DNA from: a virus
Taxonomy: Duplodnaviria; Caudoviricetes
Reading direction: 5' to 3' (one strand)
Length of the DNA stretch: 64,000 nucleotides
IMG/VR virus record: IMGVR_UViG_3300021957_000014
Coordinates: 1-64,000 of that record
Shown here: positions 26,714 to 36,517 of the stretch, one piece after another
Numbering within the stretch: position 1 is the stretch's first letter
Layout of the letters: every line of letters begins with the position of its first letter
The notes under the pieces: model-generated
The model's database searches: none
Seen by the model: only the letters and a program-made list of their open reading frames with translations
What the model was told of the DNA's origin: nothing
Program-made: the position numbers and the translations under genes

Positions 26714-28051
26714 CTAACTTGGTTTTTCTGACTCATTCTTTTTACCAGCATTCGTACCTTGACCAGTATCCATAGATATTGTTTTGTGGGTATGAGATGA
26801 AAGTTTAGGTTTATTATTCTGTAGGGTTTGTATCTCTCCGTCTGCAACTATAGATTTCTTATTAGTCTGAGCTCCAGTGATATGAACCGTACCGTCAACT
26901 GTTAGATTTGTAGTCATTTTTGTAGTTGGTGAAGTGAATGTTGTATTACCCACTACATCTGCATTTAGTGTTCCACCTATCTGTGCATCTACGTTACCTT
27001 CGGTCACATCTAGATTGACATTACCTTTTGATACGGTTGTGAGAACATTTCCTTCTGATACTGTCGTGGTCATGTCTCCCTTCAATATGTCTGTTGTTAC
27101 ATTTCCTTCTGCTACTGTTGTGTGTACATTTCCTGTATTCACATTGATAGTTACATTACCTTTCTCTACGATTATGTCTGCATTACCAGCTATGAAAATG
27201 CTCTCGTTTTTACACACTACTTGATAGTGGTCATTTACTATTCTAGAAACTTCTGACCCATCGGGATGTATCTCATGGAATGTTCCCGACCTGTGATGTA
27301 TGTTTAGTCTTTCTGCAGTTGGAGTATCATCAACTTCAATTAGATGACCCGACTCTGTTGCTGTAACTTTGTTGTATGGGTAGACTGGTGCTTCTGCACT
27401 ATCTAAGAATCCTTCTAAGTTGTCTGATAGTTTATGCTCATAAAGAGTACCCTCTTTAGATACACCTCTTGCAAAACTTGACAAATCAGATTGGTCGGTG
27501 TATAATGGATAGAAAGGCAAATCATCTTCTGTTAGTTCTGTCTCTTCAATGGTTGAACCTGTTGCATCATACTTGATGTCAATTGTTTTGGGTTCTTTGG
27601 GTGCAGTATCTAATGCACTCGTTAAACCAAACCCTCTTCTAACATCCTGTTTTGGATTGGGCCCATCGGATGTATCATTGTAATCTTCTACGGTTAACTT
27701 TCTAGGGTCATTGAACCCTCTATCAGTTGCCCTACTAATAAGTTCGTCTGTAACAGATTCTTTGTATCCCACTTGAGGGATACCTGCTGTTGTTCCCAGT
27801 ATGATAGGGTCTTGTTTTAAATCACCATCTCTGAAATAACCAAATACTGTAGAACCTTCTATAAGTCCGTGTTGAGTTCCTATACCCGAAAGTGCAGCTG
27901 CAGTGGTTGGAAGAACTACTTGACACCACGGTAAATCGGGTGTTGCAATTAACTGTTTGTTGTCGGTATGTATTCCGTGTATACGTACACGAACCCTACC
28001 TATCATAAGAGGGTCTTGTCTGTCTTCGACTATACCATAAAAATAATCCAT
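26714..28051 (-). CDS. gp5: Baseplate hub/central spike gp5 (no lysozyme domain)
   Basis: OB-fold GIVEDR.DP...GRVRVRIHG, DLPW; YPYNKV..TESGH..EVDDTP..ER...HRSGTF.EIHPDG; VxxGNV beta-helix repeats. Confidence 0.93.
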   Translation of the reverse strand: MDYFYGIVEDRQDPLMIGRVRVRIHGIHTDNKQLIATPDLPWCQVVLPTTAAALSGIGTQHGLIEGSTVFGYFRDGDLKQDPIILGTTAGIPQVGYKESVTDELISRATDRGFNDPRKLTVEDYNDTSDGPNPKQDVRRGFGLTSALDTAPKEPKTIDIKYDATGSTIEETELTEDDLPFYPLYTDQSDLSSFARGVSKEGTLYEHKLSDNLEGFLDSAEAPVYPYNKVTATESGHLIEVDDTPTAERLNIHHRSGTFHEIHPDGSEVSRIVNDHYQVVCKNESIFIAGNADIIVEKGNVTINVNTGNVHTTVAEGNVTTDILKGDMTTTVSEGNVLTTVSKGNVNLDVTEGNVDAQIGGTLNADVVGNTTFTSPTTKMTTNLTVDGTVHITGAQTNKKSIVADGEIQTLQNNKPKLSSHTHKTISMDTGQGTNAGKKNESEKPS

Positions 28052-29499
28052 TATGTCTCCTTCACTGCTTTGTCACTTGATTCTATGCCCGGCGCATCTG
28101 CTATTTCCATTGTGTAACTTTCTTTAACACACTCTAAATGCATTATACCCGAAGCAGCTGCTGGTTCGAAATTTAAGCTCATGTCCGTAATCAAATACCT
28201 GTCATCGTTTAGATTGCTACTTACATTACCATCCAATGTTTCTGCGCCTGGAATTTTTAATTTAATAACCGTTCCAGCAGAGATGTCGGTTCTCAATGGT
28301 ATGGTTACTATCATCTTATGTTGTTCAAGAATTTCTAGTAATGCTCTTCTCTCTAGTTTTGCATTGTCTTTGTTTTTAATTCCTTGGAAGACTTCATCTG
28401 TTGCAATGGAATCTGCATTATCAAATGTGTGGTTTGATGTGTAAGTATAATCTACGATAGTTTTGAATTCTTTATTCATTGCAAGGTCTACATCTACTTC
28501 AATTGTATCGGGTGATGTCCTATCATCTGATTGGTTGTGAGCAGATAGACTAACTTCATCTTCATCTGTTACGATAAGTGGGAAGCCAGAAAGATGTGTT
28601 CCTCTTGCCATGGTTTCCTTGTAATCATAAATCACATCTTCTTCCAATTTTCTAACTGGGTCATAGACTTTCATTGAGGCACCATATGCACCACCAATCA
28701 TAGCACTAAGAGTATCCATCAATTGTGGTTTGAAGTAACTTAGAATTCTACTATTAAGACCGCCTGGAGCATTCAAATCTTTTTCATGTGTGTCCACATC
28801 TGCAGATGTTGGTTTAAATGAAAACTCAACTGGAAACTCTCTTTGGAACATTCCATCAATTGACCCGAATCTAAATCCACCATTAAGTGTTTGATAAAAA
28901 AACATAGAGTTTCTCCACCCATCACTTTTTTCTGAATGAGAGGTGGTGATACACCAATCCATAAATCGATTAACTGTCCAGTTAGGACAAATGAATTGAT
29001 GGTTTGCTGGGGTAGTCTCTTCCCATAAGTCAAACTCTTCGGGATAGAAATGTGTTTCATCTAATAATGCATCTTGTAGCATTTGACCCTTTGTACCCCT
29101 AAAGGTTTTACTCAATCGTTTTTTGTTTACATAAAATTGTCTAGGGTCACAGAAGAACATAACAAATGTTTGTGTACTCTCTTTAGGTCTCTGAACGTTT
29201 TCTACTTTATAAACTCTAAATGACTTGTCAATCGTAAATTCCTTTGCAGCCTCTTCATCAAATCCTTCTTTCTGTTTAATAGATATACGAATATATTCTT
29301 GACCAGTAAATCTGTAGTTCTTTAATATGTCTAAGCCATCAAGAATAGATGCTTGACCTGAGCAGAACTTTGAGAATATCGATTCGTATAAGGTTACACC
29401 CACAGTCAAAGCATCAATAACAACTGACTCTCCATGTTGATTGATTAGTGTGAATGCTTCGATGGAAAACCCACCTTCAACAAAATTACCTTGGGCCAT
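28051..29499 (-). CDS. gp27: Baseplate hub protein (gp27-like)
   Basis: Between gp53 and gp5; LYESIF, FTGQEYI, FFYQTLNGGF.F.SI, RYLIT patterns. Confidence 0.7.
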   Translation of the reverse strand: MAQGNFVEGGFSIEAFTLINQHGESVVIDALTVGVTLYESIFSKFCSGQASILDGLDILKNYRFTGQEYIRISIKQKEGFDEEAAKEFTIDKSFRVYKVENVQRPKESTQTFVMFFCDPRQFYVNKKRLSKTFRGTKGQMLQDALLDETHFYPEEFDLWEETTPANHQFICPNWTVNRFMDWCITTSHSEKSDGWRNSMFFYQTLNGGFRFGSIDGMFQREFPVEFSFKPTSADVDTHEKDLNAPGGLNSRILSYFKPQLMDTLSAMIGGAYGASMKVYDPVRKLEEDVIYDYKETMARGTHLSGFPLIVTDEDEVSLSAHNQSDDRTSPDTIEVDVDLAMNKEFKTIVDYTYTSNHTFDNADSIATDEVFQGIKNKDNAKLERRALLEILEQHKMIVTIPLRTDISAGTVIKLKIPGAETLDGNVSSNLNDDRYLITDMSLNFEPAAASGIMHLECVKESYTMEIADAPGIESSDKAVKET

Positions 29500-30209
29500 T
29501 ATGAACTCATTATTTTATCAAACTCTTGCACAACTCTTCGGATGTATTGTGGTCTGATAATTTTTATTAATCTTTTTGTATCGTTTTTATCGAACTCGTC
29601 TTGCCAGAGTGTTACTGCAGTATAACCATTTACAAAAGTGTTAGACCGTAATCCTTCATCATTCTTGTAGTATGATATACCATCAATTTGATTGATTGCA
29701 CTTAAAATGGTTGCAGTTTTTTCTGAACCTGTTATGGTGTCTCCACCAATAAAGTCTATTCTACCATCAACACCAATTCTATTATATGTAGGTTCCACTT
29801 TAATGACATGTGCTGTGTTACCAGTATTAGATTTAATTTCTTCTCCTAATAGGAACTTCCCATCTTCATCAATCATATCAGACGTATTACTAAAGGTTAG
29901 GTATTGGCCTGGGTATTTTTCCTTTAGATATGCTTCAAAGGTTGGAGTGTCTTTATGCCAGTCAAAATATGATTCCATTTCATTGACTAGTAGTAGAGTC
30001 CAGTGTAAATCACCGTTACCATACAATTTGGTTGCAACTACATCGGGTCTTTCTCCATCCTGTAGTTCATAGTATTCATAATCAATAACTTTGTGTAAAG
30101 CACCTTGGTCTATCTTTGACTTTCTAAAAAAGTCTTTGATGGTAATCCACTTACCATTAGCTAATTTGTATTGAGTTGTTGGAAAATTTTCGAAATATTG
30201 ATTTGCCAT
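29499..30209 (-). CDS. gp53: Baseplate wedge subunit gp53
   Basis: YFENFP...Y, LysM-like GERPDVVATKLYG...LHW.LLLVN, KR.IKII.P.Y. Confidence 0.93.
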   Translation of the reverse strand: MANQYFENFPTTQYKLANGKWITIKDFFRKSKIDQGALHKVIDYEYYELQDGERPDVVATKLYGNGDLHWTLLLVNEMESYFDWHKDTPTFEAYLKEKYPGQYLTFSNTSDMIDEDGKFLLGEEIKSNTGNTAHVIKVEPTYNRIGVDGRIDFIGGDTITGSEKTATILSAINQIDGISYYKNDEGLRSNTFVNGYTAVTLWQDEFDKNDTKRLIKIIRPQYIRRVVQEFDKIMSS

Positions 30210-30212
30210 AGT

Positions 30213-31349
30213 TTAACCCCCACCACCATTGGCACTTTTATCTCTATTTGATGCTGCAACGGTTTCTTGTCTTCTTTCAGCCAATGAGGTCATCCCACCA
30301 CCTAAGTCTTGTTTCTTTGCTGACTTGGATATTGTCTGATAGTTTTCCTGTGTAAGTATTTTGATTTCTGTGAAACTTAGTGACATTTTTGTTGATATTG
30401 GATACCCATCTTCAAATAGTTTGTTTGAATGCGAGACGTTACATGATGTACATACCATGGGTAAGAAGTCATCAAATTTATCTGCAATTGGGCCCTCCCA
30501 TTCTAATTTAAACATGTTGGGATAGTTGAAATAATTTTCAATTGCAGTATCACCTTCTGCTTCTCCATATGTGTCGGGTAACATTGCAGTCTTGAATCCC
30601 CATACGATATCTTTCACTGCAGTTGCTTCGTCACTATTTCTAGGGAAAAACTCATATTCAAAAGAAAAATCTCTGAAACCCACTCCTTCGAACATCTGTT
30701 CTTCCATAGGGTTGGCTGCTCTTCCAGCAAGGAAGTTGTTTGCACCGCCAGTGAGCATAGAACCTAGTTTGTTCATACCATCTTGGACTGCTCCCTCTAA
30801 TGCAGTTCCAGTTGCTTGTAATGTTGAACCATCCATTTTACCATTGAATGAATCTTTTATCTCAAGTCCTCGTCTAATACCAGCACCAACACCTTCATTC
30901 TTGTAGGTTGCCTTCACATCCCCTTCACTTATTTCATCGGGAACATATAGTGCAATCTCAACTGATTCTGAGGACAATAAATTTTTGTTATTAGCACCAT
31001 CTGCGTTTCTAGCAGTTCTAGGTAAAGTGGTGAATACAAGATAATTCTGTAACTCTTCCCCAATAGGGTACTGCAGTTCTCTAACTCTTGTCTCGGGTGA
31101 TTTTTTCCCTTGTTGTTTTGCTTGTTTCGATGCTTTATTCTTCTCTAAAGAAGACCGTCTTTTGTCTAGTGTTGCTTGTGCTTCTTCTGCTTGTTGGGCA
31201 AGCTTGTCTGCAACATCGGATAATGACCCCGATGCTAGATTTTTTAAGTCGTATCCCTTTCCAGTAAGTTTTGCTTGAATACCCTTAAGAGATTTCACTG
31301 CACTTTTAGCTTGACTTACTTTATTGAGTATTTTGTTGATATTCGGCAT
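30213..31349 (-). CDS. gp48: Baseplate tail-tube cap gp48
   Basis: IALYVP, NP.EEQMFEGV.FRDFSFEYEFFPRN..EA, P......LSFTEI..LT. Confidence 0.9.
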   Translation of the reverse strand: MPNINKILNKVSQAKSAVKSLKGIQAKLTGKGYDLKNLASGSLSDVADKLAQQAEEAQATLDKRRSSLEKNKASKQAKQQGKKSPETRVRELQYPIGEELQNYLVFTTLPRTARNADGANNKNLLSSESVEIALYVPDEISEGDVKATYKNEGVGAGIRRGLEIKDSFNGKMDGSTLQATGTALEGAVQDGMNKLGSMLTGGANNFLAGRAANPMEEQMFEGVGFRDFSFEYEFFPRNSDEATAVKDIVWGFKTAMLPDTYGEAEGDTAIENYFNYPNMFKLEWEGPIADKFDDFLPMVCTSCNVSHSNKLFEDGYPISTKMSLSFTEIKILTQENYQTISKSAKKQDLGGGMTSLAERRQETVAASNRDKSANGGGG

Positions 31350-31359
31350 TCAGAATCCC

Positions 31360-31398
31360 TATAAATAGTTCTTGTTAATTATGGTTACTGTTATTTAT
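31360..31398. promoter_or_regulatory. Divergent late promoters for gp4 (+) and gp48 (-)
   Basis: TATAAATA on + at 31360-31367; CATAAATA on - at about 31392-31399. Confidence 0.6.
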
Positions 31399-31846
31399 GG
31401 CATATTCGGGTAAGTTCAAACCAAAGAACTACAAAAAATACAAAGGAGACCCCACAAAAATCTACTATAGGTCTTTATGGGAGCGTAGATTCATGGTTTA
31501 CTGTGATGAGAACAGTAATATCTTGGAATGGGGCAGTGAAGAAATCATAATTCCGTACATTTCACCACTAGATAAGAGACCACATAGGTACTTTCCCGAC
31601 TTCTATATAAAGTATAAGAATGCAGCAGGCAAAATACTACGTGAAATCATTGAGGTCAAACCAAAGAAACAAACTAAACCCCCAAAACAACCCAAAAGGA
31701 AGACACAACGTTACTACAAGGAAGTTGCAACCTATGTTGTCAACGAAGCAAAGTTCAAAGCTGCAGAAAGTTTCTGCAAAGATAGGAAACTGGGTTTTCG
31801 CATACTAACCGAAGACCACTTACTACCGAGGAAAGAGAAAAAGTGA
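31397..31846 (+). CDS. gp4: Head completion nuclease gp4 (TnsA-like)
   Basis: YSGKFKPKN..KYKGDP..I.YRSLWER, WGSEE, HRYFPDF, EVKP. Confidence 0.95.
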   Translation: MAYSGKFKPKNYKKYKGDPTKIYYRSLWERRFMVYCDENSNILEWGSEEIIIPYISPLDKRPHRYFPDFYIKYKNAAGKILREIIEVKPKKQTKPPKQPKRKTQRYYKEVATYVVNEAKFKAAESFCKDRKLGFRILTEDHLLPRKEKK

Positions 31847-32424
31847 AAAAATTATATGTATTTGATTTAGATGGAGTCTTAATTGACTCAAAAAGTAACA
31901 TGGAGAAGTCATTTATCTCCTTACAAACTGGAAAACCATTTGAAGACTACTTCAAGCACATCGGGAAACCCTTCAAAGACATCTTAACTGAGATGGGTAT
32001 ACTCACTGACCAAGATGAACTGATGGCACAGTACAATAGAGCATCTGCAGAGAACTCCGATATGATAAAGTATTACGATGGTGTCGAATCACACTTACAA
32101 CATTTAAAGGCTGAAGGTAAAAAGTTAGCGGTGGTAACTTCAAAGCATTCAGGCAGAGCTCATGTTATTTTGGATGCGTTAGATGTTGAGTTTGATGCAG
32201 TCGTTTGTCCCGATAATGATTGGAGAGGTAAACCAGCACCCGACCAATTATTGATTGCACTTGCACATTGTAATGTAGACCCAAAAGACGCAGTCTATGT
32301 GGGTGACATGCAAGTCGATATGGATTGTGCAGACAGAGCTGGTGTTGATTTTATTTACGCAGAATATGGATATGGAGATATAGAATGTTGTTGGAACAGA
32401 GCAAGTTCAATCGAGTCGGTTTAA
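31843..32424 (+). CDS. HAD-superfamily phosphatase (phosphoglycolate phosphatase-like)
   Basis: Motif I FDLDGVL, motif II VVTSK, motif III KPAPD, motif IV YVGD...D. Confidence 0.9.
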   Translation: MKKLYVFDLDGVLIDSKSNMEKSFISLQTGKPFEDYFKHIGKPFKDILTEMGILTDQDELMAQYNRASAENSDMIKYYDGVESHLQHLKAEGKKLAVVTSKHSGRAHVILDALDVEFDAVVCPDNDWRGKPAPDQLLIALAHCNVDPKDAVYVGDMQVDMDCADRAGVDFIYAEYGYGDIECCWNRASSIESV

Positions 32425-33125
32425 TACCTGCCCGTTGGGGTTCATCTAGATTTGAGGGTAAACCCCTTGCATTAATCTGTGGTGAATCTATGATTAAGAG
32501 AACCTATGACCGTGCATCGATGTCGAAGAAACTAGACAAGGTCTACGTGGTTACGGATGATAACAGAATCGAATACCATTGTGAGATATTTAACATCCCT
32601 TGTATAAGAGTTGATGATGATTGTGCAACTGGTACAGATAGATGTGCAATTGCATCTAAACAAATAGACGCAGATATTTATGTCAACATACAAGGTGATG
32701 AACCCTTGATTGACCCCGAAGCAATTGATAGACTATGTGATTACTTTAACCCCACACTTGGTGTTGCAAATGCATATGTGATAATCAAAGAGCCGTATAA
32801 GGTAATGGACAACGATGTGGTAAAGGTTGTGTTCGATTCACATCATTGTGCAATGTATTACTCACGTCTTGGTATACCTTTCCCACGAGGTGAGGATGCA
32901 AAGGTAAATCAACAACTTGGTTTGTATGCATTCAGTAAAGAACGTCTACAAGAATTCTCAACATTACCTATGCAGACTTTAGAGAGAGCTGAAAGTGTTG
33001 AGATGTTAAGGTTCCTAGAACATGGGTATAAGGTTCTAATGGTTCATGTAGATGATGATGGTCTATCAGTAGACACCCCCAAAGATATTAAACTAGTAGA
33101 AGAGAGAATTAATGGATATAACTGA
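32385..33125 (+). CDS. kdsB: CMP-Kdo synthetase (3-deoxy-manno-octulosonate cytidylyltransferase)
   Basis: IPARWGSSRFEGKPL, TGTDR, NIQGDEP, VKVV, YYSR, LERAESVEMLRFLE.G, VDTP.D. Confidence 0.93.
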   Translation: MLLEQSKFNRVGLIPARWGSSRFEGKPLALICGESMIKRTYDRASMSKKLDKVYVVTDDNRIEYHCEIFNIPCIRVDDDCATGTDRCAIASKQIDADIYVNIQGDEPLIDPEAIDRLCDYFNPTLGVANAYVIIKEPYKVMDNDVVKVVFDSHHCAMYYSRLGIPFPRGEDAKVNQQLGLYAFSKERLQEFSTLPMQTLERAESVEMLRFLEHGYKVLMVHVDDDGLSVDTPKDIKLVEERINGYN

Positions 33126-33828
33126 GGATAAATTACAGAGTGCTTTTGAAGAGAAGTCTAAAACATCTATCCCTAAGTTTGCAACCCTAGGTGAATGTAA
33201 GCAATGGCACCCATATCATCCTAAGATGTTTGCAAAGAATTTGCTGGAAACTATACATCATAAAGATGTTGCAATCAATAGAACAGATGAAGATAGTAGA
33301 AGAAACGAATCACAGAAATTAGTGTGGTTAATCGACCAATACAAATCAGTGGGATTTTACTCTACACCCCAAGCTTGGATTAAACCTAATGGTAGGTGGA
33401 GAGTACATCCAGGCTCCGTTCGTGTAAATGCTATGATACAATGTAAAGCTTATGAATCAAAATTCGTCATTTGGGATGACTCAAATTATCTTCCCGACAA
33501 TAAACAAGTTACATATCAAGAATGGTTAGACCAGTTCCCCATACCCGAAGGTAGGACTGCAAGGTTTTTTGATGTTGAGGGTATGATTGAATTCCACATA
33601 TCTGAAGACCGTCCTACAATGTATGAATACTATCTAGACCTTAGAAAATTATATGATGGTAAACGTCCTAAACTGATAGGAACCTGTGATGATAGTATTA
33701 AAGATTTATTCGGAAGTGGCCCAGTGACCGTTCGTGGTCACATCACTGAAGATGAGTTAGGTTCCTTCCTAGAACTAAATCCAAATAACAGAAAAGTTAC
33801 TGAAACTAATTTTACTATTGTAGGCTAA
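33112..33828 (+). CDS. Hypothetical protein, translationally coupled to kdsB
   Basis: 238 aa, overlaps the kdsB stop; contains a VHPG..R motif. Confidence 0.7.
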   Translation: MDITEDKLQSAFEEKSKTSIPKFATLGECKQWHPYHPKMFAKNLLETIHHKDVAINRTDEDSRRNESQKLVWLIDQYKSVGFYSTPQAWIKPNGRWRVHPGSVRVNAMIQCKAYESKFVIWDDSNYLPDNKQVTYQEWLDQFPIPEGRTARFFDVEGMIEFHISEDRPTMYEYYLDLRKLYDGKRPKLIGTCDDSIKDLFGSGPVTVRGHITEDELGSFLELNPNNRKVTETNFTIVG

Positions 33829-33845
33829 AATGCATAAATAGTTCT

Positions 33846-34418
33846 ATGGTATCTAAAGTATTATCAACTGTAGCAAAAATGTTACCCGAAGAAATAGAAT
33901 CGGGAACCGAAGATAGTCTGCAATGGTTTAGACAAAACGTCCGTGATTTAAAAATCAAACCAATAAAGATTATGAAAGGATTAGACACAGTCACTAATAC
34001 TGGACTGAGACAAGGTGGAGTATACATGTTCCATTATGATGCAAAGTGGAAAGACACATTGCCGTATTGGGATAAGTATCCAATTGTCGTACCATTAGAA
34101 TTATACAACAATGGATTTTTGGGAATCAATATCCATTACATCTCACCTACAATGAGAGTACCTTTGTTAAGTAAGTTATTTGAATTTACTATGGAAGGTG
34201 AGGATGATGATAGAATGCTTGTAGACTATGACTTGACCCAAATAGAAAGTGGTCTAAGAAATGCCGGGCCGTGTATCAAAAGATATTTAACATCTCATAT
34301 CGGTGCAAGAATTGTTAAGGTACCAAGAGAACAATGGGAAACATTAATGATGATGCCAACAGCACAATTTAATGTAAACGCAAACACTGTATATGCAGAC
34401 AGTAGAAGGAAAATTTAA
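33846..34418 (+). CDS. gp2: DNA end protector gp2
   Basis: SLQWF, YMFHYDAK.KDTLPYWDKYP, GFLGINIHY, PCIKRYL..H. Confidence 0.93.
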   Translation: MVSKVLSTVAKMLPEEIESGTEDSLQWFRQNVRDLKIKPIKIMKGLDTVTNTGLRQGGVYMFHYDAKWKDTLPYWDKYPIVVPLELYNNGFLGINIHYISPTMRVPLLSKLFEFTMEGEDDDRMLVDYDLTQIESGLRNAGPCIKRYLTSHIGARIVKVPREQWETLMMMPTAQFNVNANTVYADSRRKI

Positions 34419-35203
34419 TGAGTATAACAATAGACACATTTAAAGCAAACTTTGATACAGGTGCAAGAGCAAACCTATTCGATGTTCATCTTATGTCACC
34501 ATCAAGCCTAGGGTGGCAATTCTCAGAAGGTGATATGCTTAGATGTAGGTCAATAACTATGGAAGGTTCATCTGTAGGAACCAATACAAGAGACCAATAC
34601 AATTCGGGATATGAAATCCCCGATGGAACTGTAGACCAAGGTGGGTTTGTTGAGATATCATTTCTCTGCGACCAATCATTCCATGACCGTGCATTAATAG
34701 AAGCATGGCATCAATGGATTTACCAAGGAACAGATGCCAATTCCAGAGCTGGGTCAGCACAGATACCAGTAATGAAATACTTAGATAGTTTTATCGGTAC
34801 AATGGAAGTGTATGCATTGAGAAAGGATGAGACAAAGTCAATGAAATATACGTATTATGATGTGTACCCTTCATCATTTGATGCAATGGATTTTGGTGCA
34901 GACGAAGAAGGAATCTTAGAAATTACTGCAACATTCCAGTATAGGAACTGGACAACCGAATACCTAGTAGAAGAGAGAAAACCAAACAGAAGCTATCAAG
35001 AAGAGTATGATAAGTTACAAACTAAAAGGGAAAAATTGCCTCCGTTGAAAACTATAAATAGAGGTGGACAAGTTTTAGATGGAACGCTTTCAGCATTAAA
35101 AGTTGGTGGACGTTTCAATAAAAAGACTGACGGATACTTTAAGAAGTTAAGTCAAGTCGATTCAGCTGCAAACAGATTTAGAAATATATTTGGTGGCGGT
35201 TAA
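34418..35203 (+). CDS. gp54: Baseplate tail-tube initiator gp54 (gp19-like fold)
   Basis: AR.NLF.V, F.CD, W...I, YP, TATFQYR.W; located between gp2 and gp26. Confidence 0.8.
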   Translation: MSITIDTFKANFDTGARANLFDVHLMSPSSLGWQFSEGDMLRCRSITMEGSSVGTNTRDQYNSGYEIPDGTVDQGGFVEISFLCDQSFHDRALIEAWHQWIYQGTDANSRAGSAQIPVMKYLDSFIGTMEVYALRKDETKSMKYTYYDVYPSSFDAMDFGADEEGILEITATFQYRNWTTEYLVEERKPNRSYQEEYDKLQTKREKLPPLKTINRGGQVLDGTLSALKVGGRFNKKTDGYFKKLSQVDSAANRFRNIFGGG

Positions 35204-35222
35204 TTACAATATGGAGTAAATT

Positions 35223-35930
35223 ATGGGATTACCAATCCAATCAGCACCCACCTATACGTGTGTGCTACCAAGTAACGGAACTGAAGTAAAGTTTAGACCG
35301 TTTCTTGTAAAAGAACAAAAGGTATTGATACTTGCACGTGAGAGTGAAGACACTGTACAGTCATTAAGAGCTGTAAAGGATTTAATACATGCAGTGACTT
35401 ATGAAAAGGTAAATGCAGATGAACTTGCAATGATAGATTTAGAATATCTATTCTTAAAGGTTCGTTCTGTATCGATAGGTGAAACGATAGAACTATCGTT
35501 AACATGTAGAGACCAAGAATGTAATGGGACTGAGAAAGTTTTAATTAACTTGGATGAGATTGAAGCAAGCGGGGAACAACCTACAACCAATACAGTCATG
35601 ATAAATGATACTGTTGGTATTGAAGTAAGAACACCGTTAGTTAAAGACATCAAGTTAACTAATCAGAATCAAGCCGATGCAGATGTTGGTTTAGATGTAG
35701 TTAAAAATTCTATCACATCTATTTTTGATGAAGAGCAAGTTTATGATAAGAGTGATATGAGTAAATCTGATTTAGATGACTTCATTGATTCTCTAACTTA
35801 TAAGCAGTTGGAGTTATTAGGAGACTGGTTTGATGACCTACCTAAACTTTCTCATACTGCAGAATGGAAATGTAATGTTTGTGAAAGAGAAAACAAAAGA
35901 GTATTAGAAGGTATAAACTCTTTTTTTTAA
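35223..35930 (+). CDS. gp26: Baseplate hub assembly protein gp26
   Basis: LP....P.Y...LPS....VKFRPFLVKEQK.L, D.EYLFL..R..S.GE, two CxxC-like pairs, ends EGINSFF. Confidence 0.93.
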   Translation: MGLPIQSAPTYTCVLPSNGTEVKFRPFLVKEQKVLILARESEDTVQSLRAVKDLIHAVTYEKVNADELAMIDLEYLFLKVRSVSIGETIELSLTCRDQECNGTEKVLINLDEIEASGEQPTTNTVMINDTVGIEVRTPLVKDIKLTNQNQADADVGLDVVKNSITSIFDEEQVYDKSDMSKSDLDDFIDSLTYKQLELLGDWFDDLPKLSHTAEWKCNVCERENKRVLEGINSFF

Positions 35931-36109
35931 TGGCTCTTTCTCATGAGGGATTAGTAAACTATTACAATACTAATTTCCAAATGATGCAACATCACAAATA
36001 TTCATTGAGTGAGTTAGAAGACATGATGCCATGGGAAAGAGAGATTTACATTAAGCTCCTTTTGAACCACCTTGAAGAGGAGGCCGAAAGGAATAAACAA
36101 AACAGATAA
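35930..36109 (+). CDS. gp51: Baseplate hub assembly catalyst gp51 (59 aa, not in ORF track)
   Basis: MALSHEGLVNYYNTNFQMMQHHKYSLSELEDMMPWEREIYIKLLLNHLEEE; the ATG overlaps the gp26 TAA. Confidence 0.92.
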   Translation: MALSHEGLVNYYNTNFQMMQHHKYSLSELEDMMPWEREIYIKLLLNHLEEEAERNKQNR

Positions 36110-36126
36110 TATTAGAGGACACACTA

Positions 36127-36507
36127 ATGAGCGAAATAGATAAATTCTCGGGGGACATGAGTCGTAACGAGGTTGAAATTGACTTGAAGAAGTTCATGGC
36201 AATGGTAACAGAGATTGGCGAACTTAAACAAGAAATTTTTGAATTAACAAACGAAGATAGAAAGAACCCTTGGCAGAAATGGATATTTGCAGCCAAGACA
36301 ATTGATGCATGGAGAATTATACCTCGTGCATTCCTAGGTATTTACATGTACCTACTTTATTATGCAACATTTTGGTTCATGGACTTAGCAGACCCAACAC
36401 TAGAACAGTCGGGATTGATTTCCGTACTAGTCGGTGCTGGAGCAGCTTGGTTTGGACTATACACTTCAAGTGCAGCGAAAGAACACGGTGACACAAACCC
36501 CAATTAG
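36127..36507 (+). CDS. Two-TM membrane protein, holin-like
   Basis: DAWRIIPR followed by two hydrophobic helices; a common marine phage family. Confidence 0.6.
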   Translation: MSEIDKFSGDMSRNEVEIDLKKFMAMVTEIGELKQEIFELTNEDRKNPWQKWIFAAKTIDAWRIIPRAFLGIYMYLLYYATFWFMDLADPTLEQSGLISVLVGAGAAWFGLYTSSAAKEHGDTNPN

Positions 36508-36517
36508 GATATAACCA

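Noticed and set aside
151-30906. Many plus-strand ORFs of 60-244 aa opposite the structural genes (e.g. 4048-4782, 9636-10049)
   Set aside because: Antisense shadows of G/T/S/A-rich minus-strand genes with biased codons; no RBS or recognisable motifs.
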